A model generated the notes under the pieces. That model made no database searches, was not told the DNA's origin, and worked only from the letters and a program-made list of their open reading frames with translations. The translations under genes were made by a program, and so were the position numbers. From the NCBI GenBank assembly GCA_026415235.1, contig JAOAHM010000028.1:23928-87927 (forward strand): a DNA stretch of 64,000 nucleotides. Reading direction: 5' to 3'. Origin of the DNA: Ignavibacteria bacterium (lineage in GTDB: Bacteria > Bacteroidota > Ignavibacteria > Ch128b). This document shows, piece by piece, positions 9,762 through 18,983 of this stretch (position 1 is its first letter; every line of letters begins with the position of its first letter).

Positions 9762-12700
9762 ATGAGCGAAGAAAGACTAAAAAATTTTTTCAACAAACTT
9801 GACGATTTAAGAAAGCAACTCACTTTTATTCACCTTACTGAAGGTTTAATTAAAACTCTTTTGTGGTTCACAATTTTCTTCTTCTTCATCTCACTAATTG
9901 AGTTTTTCTTTTCACTTGAAAAAAATTTTCGATTAATTCTTTTCATTTCAATTTTAATTTCGTTATTAGGTCTTATAGTATATTTCATCACAATTCCTTT
10001 ACTAAGGTCTTTAAGAAAGAAAAAGGAAGAAGTTTATCTTAGCCTCGGACAATTAATTGGTTTACATTTCTCTCAGATAAAGGATAAGCTTGTAAACATT
10101 CTTCAGCTAATTTTTTCTTTAGATAAATCAAATTATTATTCAAAGGATTTAACCTTCGCAGCAATTGAACAAAATCTTAATTACTTTAATCAGTTCAATT
10201 TCAACGAAGTTATCAATAAAGAAAAAATCAAAAAGTATTTGAAATATTTTTTGGTAACCGTTACAATTTTTACGCTCCTTGGATTAGCTTTTCCTGATTT
10301 ACCTTTCGCTTCGTATCGAATTTTAAATTTCAATAAGGATTTTGTTAAGCCACCAGAATTTTACATAGTAATTGAACCTGGAAATAAAAAAATTACAAAA
10401 GGGGAAAACTATTCGTGTCGAATTAAAACAATTGGAAAAGAATTAGGAAAGATTGACCTTTATTATAGTTTCGAAGGAATGGAAATTTTTGACAAAGTGA
10501 GTTTAGAAGCAGATTCAATTGGAGAATTTAAATACACATTTGTTGCACCACCGAGGTCATTCAAAATTTATGCTGAAGCTAAAAATGTAAAAAGTGAAAT
10601 CTATTCAGTTGAAGTGATAAACTATCCAGTAATAAAAGAACTTTCACTGAAAATCTTTCCACCTTCTTACACAAAACTACAACCACAATTTTATGAAGAC
10701 GATGGTAATATCAACACAATCAAAGGTTCGACAATCGAACTGAACATTAAGTCAAGTAAAACATTAGGAAACGCTAAAATTCTTTTCGATGATTCAACAT
10801 CAATTAAAATGAATGTGTCTGGTTTTAGTGCCTCTGTAAAATTTAGAGCTACAAAAAGTGGTAGTTATAAAATTCTTATCACTGATAGTGAAGGTTATCC
10901 AAATCTTAATCCTGTTGAATACCAAATTAATTTAATTGAAGATTTAGCTCCATCAATTTCTTTAATTATACCTCAAGGTACAGTTGATTTGACAGAAAAT
11001 ATGCGAGTACCTCTTGTCTTTAGAATTAAAGACGATTATGGTTTTAGTAAGTTGACATTAAACTATCGTTTATCATACTCGAGATATGAACAACCAAAAG
11101 AAAAATACACAACCATACAAATTCCATTTGGAAATTCATTAGATACAACAATTACCTACATTTGGAATTTATCGAGTCTAAATCTTGTAACAGATGATGT
11201 TGTAAGTTATTATCTCGAAGTATTTGATAATGATTTTGTAAGCGGACCAAAATCAGCACAAACTCAATTAATGCAAGTTAGAATTCCTTCATTGGAAGAA
11301 ATCTTAGCTGAAGGAAATGAAAAGTTTGAAAATACAATTCAAGACGCAAAGTCCATTCAAAAAGAAGTAGAAGATTTAAAACAAAAACTTGAAGAGCTTG
11401 ACAAAGAAATAAAAACACCAAAAGATTTAAAGCAACAAGATAAACTAAGTTGGGAAGAACAAAAGAAAACTCAAGACCTAATCAAGAAACATGAAGAGGT
11501 GCTTCAAAAGGTTGAGAACCTTCAACAACAATTAAATGAACTTCAAAACAAGTTGAATGAAAACAAAACGCTTTCAAAAGAAACGCTCCAAAAATTTATG
11601 GAGCTTCAAGAATTATTAAATCAACTTGACTCAAAAGAATTGAAAGAAGCAATTCAAAGATTAAACGAAGCATTAAAATCGTTGAACCGACAAATGCTTC
11701 AAGAAGCATTGAAGAATTTTCAATTCAATGAAGAAAATTTTAGAGCAAGTATTGAAAGAACTATTGAACTATTGAAACGAATTCAAATCGAACAGAAAAT
11801 GGATGAAGCCTTAAAGCGACTTGAACAAATGAATCAAAAACTTGACGAGTTAATGAACGAACTTGAAAACACAAATCCAAACGATCAACAAAAGTTAAAT
11901 GAACTAAGCAAGAAGCAAGATCAACTAACAAAAGACATCGAGAACTTGGAGAAAAATCTTGAAGACTTACAGGAAAGGATGGAACAATTTCAGGACGAAA
12001 TGCCAACTGAAGAAATGAAGAAGTTAGCTGAAGAGTTTATGTCGCAAAATCCTCAACAATGTTCTCGTCGTTCATCTGAACAAATGAAAAGAGGTGATGT
12101 TAAGAGTTCCAAAGAAAATCAGAAAAATTTGAAATCAAGTTTTGGCAAGTTGCAAGAAGGTCTCAACCAACTTAAGCAAGAAATGATGCGTAATCAGATG
12201 ATGCAAACAATGATTCAATTACAAAGAATTACAAATGATTTAATCTCTCTTTCAAAGCAACAAGAAAATCTGAAAAATCGAACTTCATCCACTGAACCAT
12301 CATCACCACAGGTTAATGAAATTACACGAAAGCAAGCAGAACTGATGGAAAATCTCAAAAAATTAATTGACCGAATGATTGAGCTTTCAAATAAAACTTT
12401 TGCAATTACTCCTGAAATGGGTCGTGCTGTAGGCAAAGCAATGATTAATATGAACGAGTCAATTGAAAATTTATTGAACAGAAATCTTTCTATCTCTTCT
12501 CAATCACAAAAAGATGCTATGGGAAATTTGAACGAAGCAGCTGACTTAATTCAAGATATGCTTCAAAACATGATGCAAGGAGGTCAGGGTGGTGGAATGA
12601 TGTCTTTCATGCAAAGACTTCAACAAATGGCTCAACAACAAATGAATTTGAATAATCTTACTCAAATGTTGGGTCAAGGTAAGCTTTCTATGGAACAACT

Positions 12701-13151
12701 TTCTCAGTTGCAAAGACTTGCAGCTGAACAGGAAATGATTCGTAAATCCCTCGAAGAGCTTAATCGTGAAATGAAAGAAGCAGGTCAATCAAGTCGTTTA
12801 CTTGGCGATTTAGAAGATGTGGCAAAGAAAATGGAAGAAGTTGTTCGAGAGTTAAAACAAAACAATGTAAGCGATGATTTGATTCAAAAACAAGAAAGAA
12901 TACTTACAAGACTCTTAGATGCAACTCGTTCAATGAATGAAAGAGATTATGAGAAAAGAAGAGAATCTAGACCAGGTGAACAAATTTCTGGTAAACCACC
13001 AGAAGATTTAAAACTCAATCAAGATGATTTGATTTCAAAAATTCGACAAGATTTGCTTAAGGCGCTTGAAGAAGGATATGCAAAGGATTATGAAATTTTA
13101 ATTCGTAAATATTTCGAAGCGTTGCAAAAACAAAAATTACTTATGCGATAA
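9762..13151 (+). CDS. 1129-aa membrane-anchored coiled-coil protein (DUF4175-like)
   Basis: Two N-terminal TM segments, a ~450-aa beta-rich region, then ~600 aa of E/K/Q/L/N/M-rich heptad-like sequence that includes MMQGGQGGGMMSFMQRLQQMAQQQMNL. Confidence 0.6.
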   Translation: MSEERLKNFFNKLDDLRKQLTFIHLTEGLIKTLLWFTIFFFFISLIEFFFSLEKNFRLILFISILISLLGLIVYFITIPLLRSLRKKKEEVYLSLGQLIGLHFSQIKDKLVNILQLIFSLDKSNYYSKDLTFAAIEQNLNYFNQFNFNEVINKEKIKKYLKYFLVTVTIFTLLGLAFPDLPFASYRILNFNKDFVKPPEFYIVIEPGNKKITKGENYSCRIKTIGKELGKIDLYYSFEGMEIFDKVSLEADSIGEFKYTFVAPPRSFKIYAEAKNVKSEIYSVEVINYPVIKELSLKIFPPSYTKLQPQFYEDDGNINTIKGSTIELNIKSSKTLGNAKILFDDSTSIKMNVSGFSASVKFRATKSGSYKILITDSEGYPNLNPVEYQINLIEDLAPSISLIIPQGTVDLTENMRVPLVFRIKDDYGFSKLTLNYRLSYSRYEQPKEKYTTIQIPFGNSLDTTITYIWNLSSLNLVTDDVVSYYLEVFDNDFVSGPKSAQTQLMQVRIPSLEEILAEGNEKFENTIQDAKSIQKEVEDLKQKLEELDKEIKTPKDLKQQDKLSWEEQKKTQDLIKKHEEVLQKVENLQQQLNELQNKLNENKTLSKETLQKFMELQELLNQLDSKELKEAIQRLNEALKSLNRQMLQEALKNFQFNEENFRASIERTIELLKRIQIEQKMDEALKRLEQMNQKLDELMNELENTNPNDQQKLNELSKKQDQLTKDIENLEKNLEDLQERMEQFQDEMPTEEMKKLAEEFMSQNPQQCSRRSSEQMKRGDVKSSKENQKNLKSSFGKLQEGLNQLKQEMMRNQMMQTMIQLQRITNDLISLSKQQENLKNRTSSTEPSSPQVNEITRKQAELMENLKKLIDRMIELSNKTFAITPEMGRAVGKAMINMNESIENLLNRNLSISSQSQKDAMGNLNEAADLIQDMLQNMMQGGQGGGMMSFMQRLQQMAQQQMNLNNLTQMLGQGKLSMEQLSQLQRLAAEQEMIRKSLEELNREMKEAGQSSRLLGDLEDVAKKMEEVVRELKQNNVSDDLIQKQERILTRLLDATRSMNERDYEKRRESRPGEQISGKPPEDLKLNQDDLISKIRQDLLKALEEGYAKDYEILIRKYFEALQKQKLLMR

Positions 13152-13203
13152 ATTCTCGATGAAAAATTCGAATTCAACTTTTGTAAATTTGTTTTGAGCA
13201 TAT

Positions 13204-13839
13204 ATGGAAAATTTTGAAGAGCAAATAAATCCAGAAGAACATAGAAATTCACTCGAAATAATCCCATCACAAAAAATTTTGATGGGTGTTTGTTCCGCTT
13301 TTGGTAACTACATAAACTATAATCCTAATTTAGTGAGACTAATTGTTTTGCTTTTGTTTTTGCTTTTGGGTCAACCAATACTTTTGATTTATGCAGCTTT
13401 CGGAATTTTACTCCCACACAATGACCAAAAACAAATTCCTTCAGAAAGTATTTCGAAAAAGTTAGTTGCAAATATCTTTCTTTTCGTCGGTTTGGTTCTT
13501 TTACTCTTGATGCAAATGGATGTGATTAAATTGAAAGAAGTTTTTGAGTTTGCAGCAGAAAGAATTGATTCTTTCACATTACTTGTTTTCAGCATTGCTC
13601 TTTTGATTAACGGTTTTCAAAAAGAGAAATTGGAAATGAACCAACAAAATGAAAAAACATTAAAACTTTCAGATAAAAAATTAATATTTGGTGTATGCGG
13701 TGGACTTGCAGAATACTTGAATATCAATCCAACAATAATGAGAATTATCTGGATAATTTTTGGAATTACTTCTTTAGGTGTGGCAATTATTATTTATATA
13801 ATTTTAAGATTTATCATTCCATCAAAAAATAGTTATTGA
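13204..13839 (+). CDS. membrane protein with two PspC domains
   Basis: KILMGVCSAFGNYINYNPNLVRLIVLLLF near the N-terminus and KLIFGVCGGLAEYLNINPTIMRIIWIIFG near the C-terminus both fit the PspC domain signature. Confidence 0.8.
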   Translation: MENFEEQINPEEHRNSLEIIPSQKILMGVCSAFGNYINYNPNLVRLIVLLLFLLLGQPILLIYAAFGILLPHNDQKQIPSESISKKLVANIFLFVGLVLLLLMQMDVIKLKEVFEFAAERIDSFTLLVFSIALLINGFQKEKLEMNQQNEKTLKLSDKKLIFGVCGGLAEYLNINPTIMRIIWIIFGITSLGVAIIIYIILRFIIPSKNSY

Positions 13840-13843
13840 ATTT

Positions 13844-14437
13844 ATGTCTGACACTTACTCTATTCAATTCAAGTTAGGAATTGCAGGAATAATTTCGAGT
13901 TTAATCTGGATTGCAGTTAAATTTGGTTTGTTCACTCTAACTGAGCATGAATGGATAAGTTTGAGTGGAGTCATTTTTAGTTTAGTGATTTTTATACATT
14001 TCTATGGTTCAGAAAAAATAAACCTTGTTTTAATCTCTTCGATTTTATTTTTCTTTTCAGTTACATTTTTTCTTTACTTTTATCAAACAAGAGATTTTGT
14101 TAATCGGTCAAATTTCGATTTTAATTATTTGATTTATGGTGTTGGATTTGCTCTCGGCTCAGTTTTATTAAGTTTAGTTTTTAATGAAAAAGTAAATTCC
14201 AGATTCAAAGTTTTTTTAACTTCAATTGTTCTTCTTTTTGGAGCAATAATTTATTTATTAGTTGAATTTCAATTGCCAAATCTTCGAAATCAATTTCAGT
14301 TTTTGTTGTCCTTCTCTGAATACATTAATTGGACAATTTCGATTCTAATTTTATTAATTGTCATTCTGCAGTTGAAAGAAGTTTTCTTAAATGTGAAAGA
14401 AATAATTAAGAAAAAAGAAAATGCTCAGATTTCTTGA
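13844..14437 (+). CDS. hypothetical polytopic membrane protein
   Basis: 197 aa with 5-6 hydrophobic segments. Lies 4 nt after the PspC gene and overlaps the MlaE gene by 17 nt. Confidence 0.55.
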   Translation: MSDTYSIQFKLGIAGIISSLIWIAVKFGLFTLTEHEWISLSGVIFSLVIFIHFYGSEKINLVLISSILFFFSVTFFLYFYQTRDFVNRSNFDFNYLIYGVGFALGSVLLSLVFNEKVNSRFKVFLTSIVLLFGAIIYLLVEFQLPNLRNQFQFLLSFSEYINWTISILILLIVILQLKEVFLNVKEIIKKKENAQIS

Positions 14438-15191
14438 ACGACTTGGGAAATCGGTACTCAATTTTTTAGATGAGTTTGGAGAAATAAGCATTTTATTCTT
14501 CAAAATACATTTACATTTGAATCGAGTTTTTCGAGATAGAAGATTAATTCTAAAACAAATGGAACATATTGGAGTTGATTCAATTCCGCTTGTAATTGTT
14601 ATTGCAATTTTTACTGGGGCAGTTTCAGCATGGCAAGCTGCATATCAATTGAAAGGACTTGCACCACTTTCATTTATTGGCGGTGCAACTGTTCGTGCAG
14701 TGATAACTGAGCTTGGTCCTGTTTTGACAGGAATTGTAATCGCAGGAAGAGTCGGTGCTTCGATAGCAGCAGAACTTGGAACGATGAAAGTTACAGAACA
14801 AATTGATGCACTCGAAGCAATGTCAATAAATCCTGTACGATATCTTGCAATGCCAAGATACTTAGCATCATTAGTGATGATGCCATTGCTTGTAATATTT
14901 GCAAATGTTATCGCAACTTTTGGTTCTTTCCTTGTTTCGAATTTTTTCCTTGACATTTCACCTTATGTTTACATCGAATCAGTTAGAAGTTTTTTTGCAA
15001 TTGGTGATTTTATTTATGGAATTGTAAAAGCAACTTTCTTTGGAGCTGTAACTGCTTTAATTGGTTGTCACATTGGATTTAAAACAGAAGGTGGTGCTGA
15101 AGGTGTTGGGCTCTCAACTATTAGATCTTTCGTAATTTCAGCAGCGTCAATTCTTATTTTAGATTATATCCTTTGGAATCTTTTCTTCTAA
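14421..15191 (+). CDS. mlaE: MlaE-family ABC transporter permease
   Basis: 256 aa. GVDSIPLVIVIAIFTGAV, ELGPVLTGIVIAGRVGASIAAELGTMKVTEQIDALE and MSINPVRYL are characteristic of MlaE/Ttg2B permeases. Confidence 0.85.
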   Translation: MLRFLERLGKSVLNFLDEFGEISILFFKIHLHLNRVFRDRRLILKQMEHIGVDSIPLVIVIAIFTGAVSAWQAAYQLKGLAPLSFIGGATVRAVITELGPVLTGIVIAGRVGASIAAELGTMKVTEQIDALEAMSINPVRYLAMPRYLASLVMMPLLVIFANVIATFGSFLVSNFFLDISPYVYIESVRSFFAIGDFIYGIVKATFFGAVTALIGCHIGFKTEGGAEGVGLSTIRSFVISAASILILDYILWNLFF

Positions 15192-15273
15192 TTCAAAGAA
15201 ATTTCGTCTTAGTGAACTTTACTATTTTTTTAATTGTTCAATGACTTGACTTTGTACCAATTTTTAAATTCTT

Positions 15274-17034
15274 ATGAAATCATTGCTATCACTAAAAAAA
15301 TATTTTGCACGATACAAGACAACAATCTATCTCGGTTTTTTATTCATCTTTCTATCTAATATCACGAGTGTTTATGTACCATTATTCATTCGAGATGGGA
15401 TTGATGAACTTCGCAGACAAATTTCGTCACCTGAATTGATTAAATATGCCTCATTGATAGTTGGTGTAACTTTTGTTAGTGGAGTATTTCGATTTTTAAT
15501 CAGACAAACGATAATTGTTACTTCAAGAAAAATTGAATTTGATTTGAGAAATGATTTTTGGTCACATCTTCAAAAGCTTTCGCTTCGATATTATCAGAAT
15601 ACAAAGACTGGCGATATAATGGCTCATGCAACAAATGATATTAATGCAGTAAGAAATTTTGTCGGTCCAGCTGTGATGTATTCTTTTGATACTTTTACTC
15701 TTTTTGTATTTACTCTTGCTTTAATGTTTTCAATTGATGTTGAACTTACATTCTTGTCTTTACTACCTTTTCCAGTTCTTTCGATTTTTGTCTACTATTT
15801 CGGTAAAAAAATTCATATCCTTTTCACAAAAATCCAAGAACATTTTTCTATTCTCACTGCTAAAGCACAAGAAAATTTGAATGGTATTAGAATAATAAAA
15901 GCTTATGTTAGAGAGGAATCGGAAATTAATCACTTTAGAAAATTGAGTTACGAGTATTTCAGAAAAAACATTAACAAGATAAAAGTGGATGCACTTTTTC
16001 ATCCAGTTTTATTTTTAACAATTGGAAGTTCAATAATTATTATCATGTGGTTCGGTGGAATGAAAGTGATTAATGGTAACTTATCTCTTGGTGAACTCAC
16101 CGCATTTGTTCTCTATATGGGTTATTTGATTTGGCCTGCAATTGCCTTCGGGTGGATAACTAATTTGACACAACAAGCTGCTGCATCACAAAAACGATTG
16201 AATTCTATTTTCGCAATTGAACCTGAAATTAAGGATAGCAATCTGACCGATTATTCAATCAATTCTCTTAAAGGTGAAATTGAATTTCGTAATGTTTCTT
16301 TCAGATATCGTGATAATCTTCCATTTGTTTTGAAAAATATTAATCTGAAAATTCCTGCAGGTTCAACATACGCAATTATTGGTCATACTGGATGTGGCAA
16401 AACTTCTTTCGTTAATTTACTTGCGAGATTTTACGATGTAACAGAGGGACAGATTTTGATTGATGGATACGATATCAGAACAATTCCTTTGAAAGTTTTA
16501 AGGGAAGAAATTTCTTTCGTTCAGCAAGAAACTTTTCTTTTTTCAGACACACTTAAAAACAATATTGCTTATGGATTGAATGGAATAACTTCTGAAGACG
16601 AATTCAATCATCGAATTGAAGAGGCAATAAGAATTGCTCACTTAATTCCTGATATAGAATCTTTTCCAAAGGGTATTGAAACAATTATTGGCGAGAGAGG
16701 AATTACTCTTTCAGGTGGGCAGAAACAAAGAACTTCAATCGCAAGAGCAGTTGCAAAAGGAGGTAAAATTTTAATTTTAGACGATTGCTTATCAGCAGTA
16801 GATACCAACACCGAAGAAATTATATTAAGTAATTTGAAAAAATTCATGAAAGGTAGAACTTCTATAATCATAAGTCATAGAATTTCCACAATAAAAGATG
16901 CCGATTTAATAATTGTTCTTGACAAAGGAACAATTGCAGAAAAAGGAACTCACGAAGAACTGCTTGCATTGGATGGAATTTATTCAAGAATATATCAGAA
17001 ACAATTACTCGAAAAAGAATTAGAGGAAATTTGA
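15274..17034 (+). CDS. ABC exporter, fused TMD-NBD subunit with degenerate Walker B (Asp in place of catalytic Glu)
   Basis: Walker A GHTGCGKTS, signature LSGGQKQR, Walker B region ILILDDCLSAVD. Confidence 0.9.
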   Translation: MKSLLSLKKYFARYKTTIYLGFLFIFLSNITSVYVPLFIRDGIDELRRQISSPELIKYASLIVGVTFVSGVFRFLIRQTIIVTSRKIEFDLRNDFWSHLQKLSLRYYQNTKTGDIMAHATNDINAVRNFVGPAVMYSFDTFTLFVFTLALMFSIDVELTFLSLLPFPVLSIFVYYFGKKIHILFTKIQEHFSILTAKAQENLNGIRIIKAYVREESEINHFRKLSYEYFRKNINKIKVDALFHPVLFLTIGSSIIIIMWFGGMKVINGNLSLGELTAFVLYMGYLIWPAIAFGWITNLTQQAAASQKRLNSIFAIEPEIKDSNLTDYSINSLKGEIEFRNVSFRYRDNLPFVLKNINLKIPAGSTYAIIGHTGCGKTSFVNLLARFYDVTEGQILIDGYDIRTIPLKVLREEISFVQQETFLFSDTLKNNIAYGLNGITSEDEFNHRIEEAIRIAHLIPDIESFPKGIETIIGERGITLSGGQKQRTSIARAVAKGGKILILDDCLSAVDTNTEEIILSNLKKFMKGRTSIIISHRISTIKDADLIIVLDKGTIAEKGTHEELLALDGIYSRIYQKQLLEKELEEI

Positions 17035-18818
17035 TGTCAGATTTTTTTCAAGATGATGAAGTAATTGGCAAAGCTTATGACTCTCGTTTGATGAAACGAC
17101 TTCTGAAGTATGTTAAACCATACAGAGGTTATATTTTTCTTGCTATTTTCCTAAATATAGTAACTGCAGCACTTGAACCTGTTCGACCATATCTCACTAA
17201 AATTGCAGTTGATGAATACATCTCTGTTGGTGATTCAAAAGGACTCTTACTAATCATTTTGTTGATTTTATCTTCACTTATACTTCAAGCGATAATTGAA
17301 TATGCTATGACCTTTGCTACTCAGTACATGGGGCAGAAAACTTTGTTCGATTTAAGAATGGAAATATTTCAACACCTCCAAAAACTTTCCCTGAAATTTT
17401 TTGATAAAAGTCCCGTTGGTCGGTTAGTTACTCGAGTTACTAATGATGTTGAATCTTTGAGTGAATTATTTTCATCTGGTATTGTCATGATTTTTAGTGA
17501 TGTTTTTATAATCATTTGGATATTTGTTTTCATGATGGTGATGAGTTTTGATTTAGCACTTGTAACGATGAGCGTAATTCCTGTTTTGATTTATGCAACT
17601 TTCCTTTTTAGAAAAAAAGTTAGGGCAAACTACCGAGATGTAAGAAAACATCTTGCAAGACTTAATTCTTATATGCAAGAACATATTTCTGGAATGAGTG
17701 TAGTTCAACTTTTTAATAAAGAAGAAGAGGAATTCAAAAAATTCAAAAGTATTAATGAAGATTATCGAGATGTGAACATTAAATCTGTTTTTTATCATGC
17801 TGTTTTCTATCCTTTTGTTGAATTGATTAGTGCAATTGCAGTTGGATTGATTATTTGGTATGGTGGTGGTGAAGTTGTTCAAAAAAATATTTCACTTGGA
17901 GTATTATTCGCATTCATTCAATATACCGAAATGTTTTTCCGTCCTGTTCGTGATTTAGCTGAAAAGTATAACATACTTCAAACTGGAATGGCTTCTTCTG
18001 AAAGAATTTTCAAACTGCTTGATACAAAAATTTTTATTAAAAATCCGGAGAATCCAATCGTATTGAATAATCTAAAAGGCAAAGTGGAATTTAGAAATGT
18101 TTGGTTTGCTTATGATAATGAAAATTATGTGCTGAAAGATGTATCCTTTGTGATAAATCCTGGGGAGACAGTTGCGATTGTTGGGGCAACTGGTGCTGGG
18201 AAATCGAGCATTATTAATATCCTTCTTAAATTTTATGAAATTAATAAAGGACAAATCTTAATTGATGATATTGATATCTCTCAAATTGATGAAAAAGAAC
18301 TTAGAAAACATATTGCATTAGTACTTCAAGATGTAATTTTATTTAGTGGTGATATTAAATCAAATATCAATCTGTGGAATGACCAAATACCTTTTGAAAA
18401 AATCTTAGAAGCTGCAAAAATAGTTGGTGCCGATTCGTTCATTCAAAAACTTCCAAAAAAATATGATGAAGAAGTAAAAGAAAGAGGCGCTACTCTTTCG
18501 CTTGGTCAAAAACAGTTGATTGCTTTTGCAAGAGCTCTTGCTTATGACCCAAAAATTTTAATCCTTGATGAAGCTACTGCTTCAATTGATACTGAAGCTG
18601 AAAGAATGATACAAAAAGCAATGACAAAACTTCTGAAAGGTAGAACTTCCATTGTTATAGCTCACAGATTATCAACTATTCAAAACTCAGATAAAATTAT
18701 TGTTTTGCACAAAGGTCAAATTAGAGAGATGGGTAACCATTACGAGTTACTCGAGCTAAAAGGAATTTATTATAGATTATATCAGTTGCAGTATAAAGAT
18801 CAAGAGATTGGTGTGTAA
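17031..18818 (+). CDS. ABC exporter, fused TMD-NBD subunit with canonical Walker B and deviant signature
   Basis: Walker A GATGAGKSS, Walker B ILILDEATASID, signature LSLGQKQL. 4-nt overlap with the upstream subunit. Confidence 0.9.
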   Translation: MMSDFFQDDEVIGKAYDSRLMKRLLKYVKPYRGYIFLAIFLNIVTAALEPVRPYLTKIAVDEYISVGDSKGLLLIILLILSSLILQAIIEYAMTFATQYMGQKTLFDLRMEIFQHLQKLSLKFFDKSPVGRLVTRVTNDVESLSELFSSGIVMIFSDVFIIIWIFVFMMVMSFDLALVTMSVIPVLIYATFLFRKKVRANYRDVRKHLARLNSYMQEHISGMSVVQLFNKEEEEFKKFKSINEDYRDVNIKSVFYHAVFYPFVELISAIAVGLIIWYGGGEVVQKNISLGVLFAFIQYTEMFFRPVRDLAEKYNILQTGMASSERIFKLLDTKIFIKNPENPIVLNNLKGKVEFRNVWFAYDNENYVLKDVSFVINPGETVAIVGATGAGKSSIINILLKFYEINKGQILIDDIDISQIDEKELRKHIALVLQDVILFSGDIKSNINLWNDQIPFEKILEAAKIVGADSFIQKLPKKYDEEVKERGATLSLGQKQLIAFARALAYDPKILILDEATASIDTEAERMIQKAMTKLLKGRTSIVIAHRLSTIQNSDKIIVLHKGQIREMGNHYELLELKGIYYRLYQLQYKDQEIGV

Positions 18819-18924
18819 TTGAGAGTCTGATAGAGTGAGAAAAATTTTTAGTTAAATTTTTTTATCAAACAATTTTACAATCAATTTGTTCTCACTTTCT
18901 CTAATTCTAAGTTTTAAGAAATAA

Positions 18925-18947
18925 AAAGTCGGGCTAAACCCGACTTT
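18925..18947. terminator. bidirectional intrinsic terminator
   Basis: aaaGTCGGGctaaaCCCGACttt, flanked by an A-run upstream and a T-run downstream. Sits between convergent genes. Confidence 0.6.
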
Positions 18948-18983
18948 CTTCGTAAAAGAATTTATATAGTTAAACAGAGAAGG

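Noticed and set aside
11761-12788. Three minus-strand ORFs (11761..12006, 12215..12436, 12546..12788) inside the 1129-aa coiled-coil gene
   Set aside because: They are antisense to a long, clearly coding ORF. The low-complexity E/K/Q/L codons leave the opposite strand open by chance, and the products are Ser/Phe/Leu-rich nonsense. The same reasoning applies to the other short ORFs nested antisense or out of frame in real genes. Examples are 545..775, 772..972, 3652..4078, 6288..6554, 6823..7068, 9357..9581, 13389..13595, 14645..14956, 15763..16002, 16638..16871, 17553..17882, 18072..18254, 21116..21355, 23794..23994, 24355..24579, 24792..25177, 25431..25622, 27656..27865, 31396..31590, 33228..33443, 33817..34098, 35798..36416, 37266..37481, 39683..40036, 40251..40810, 41245..41500, 42255..42569, 46611..47387, 49628..49861, 50253..50627, 51626..51823, 52220..52492, 53025..53219, 53968..54153, 54800..55000, 57192..57440, 57988..61018 and 62592..62930.
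18821-18902. Long-range imperfect inverted repeat (agtgagaa at 18834-18841 / ttctcact at 18889-18896) after the ABC exporter stop
   Set aside because: The stem is only 8 bp and the loop is 47 nt. The GC-rich hairpin at 18925..18947 is a much better terminator candidate.
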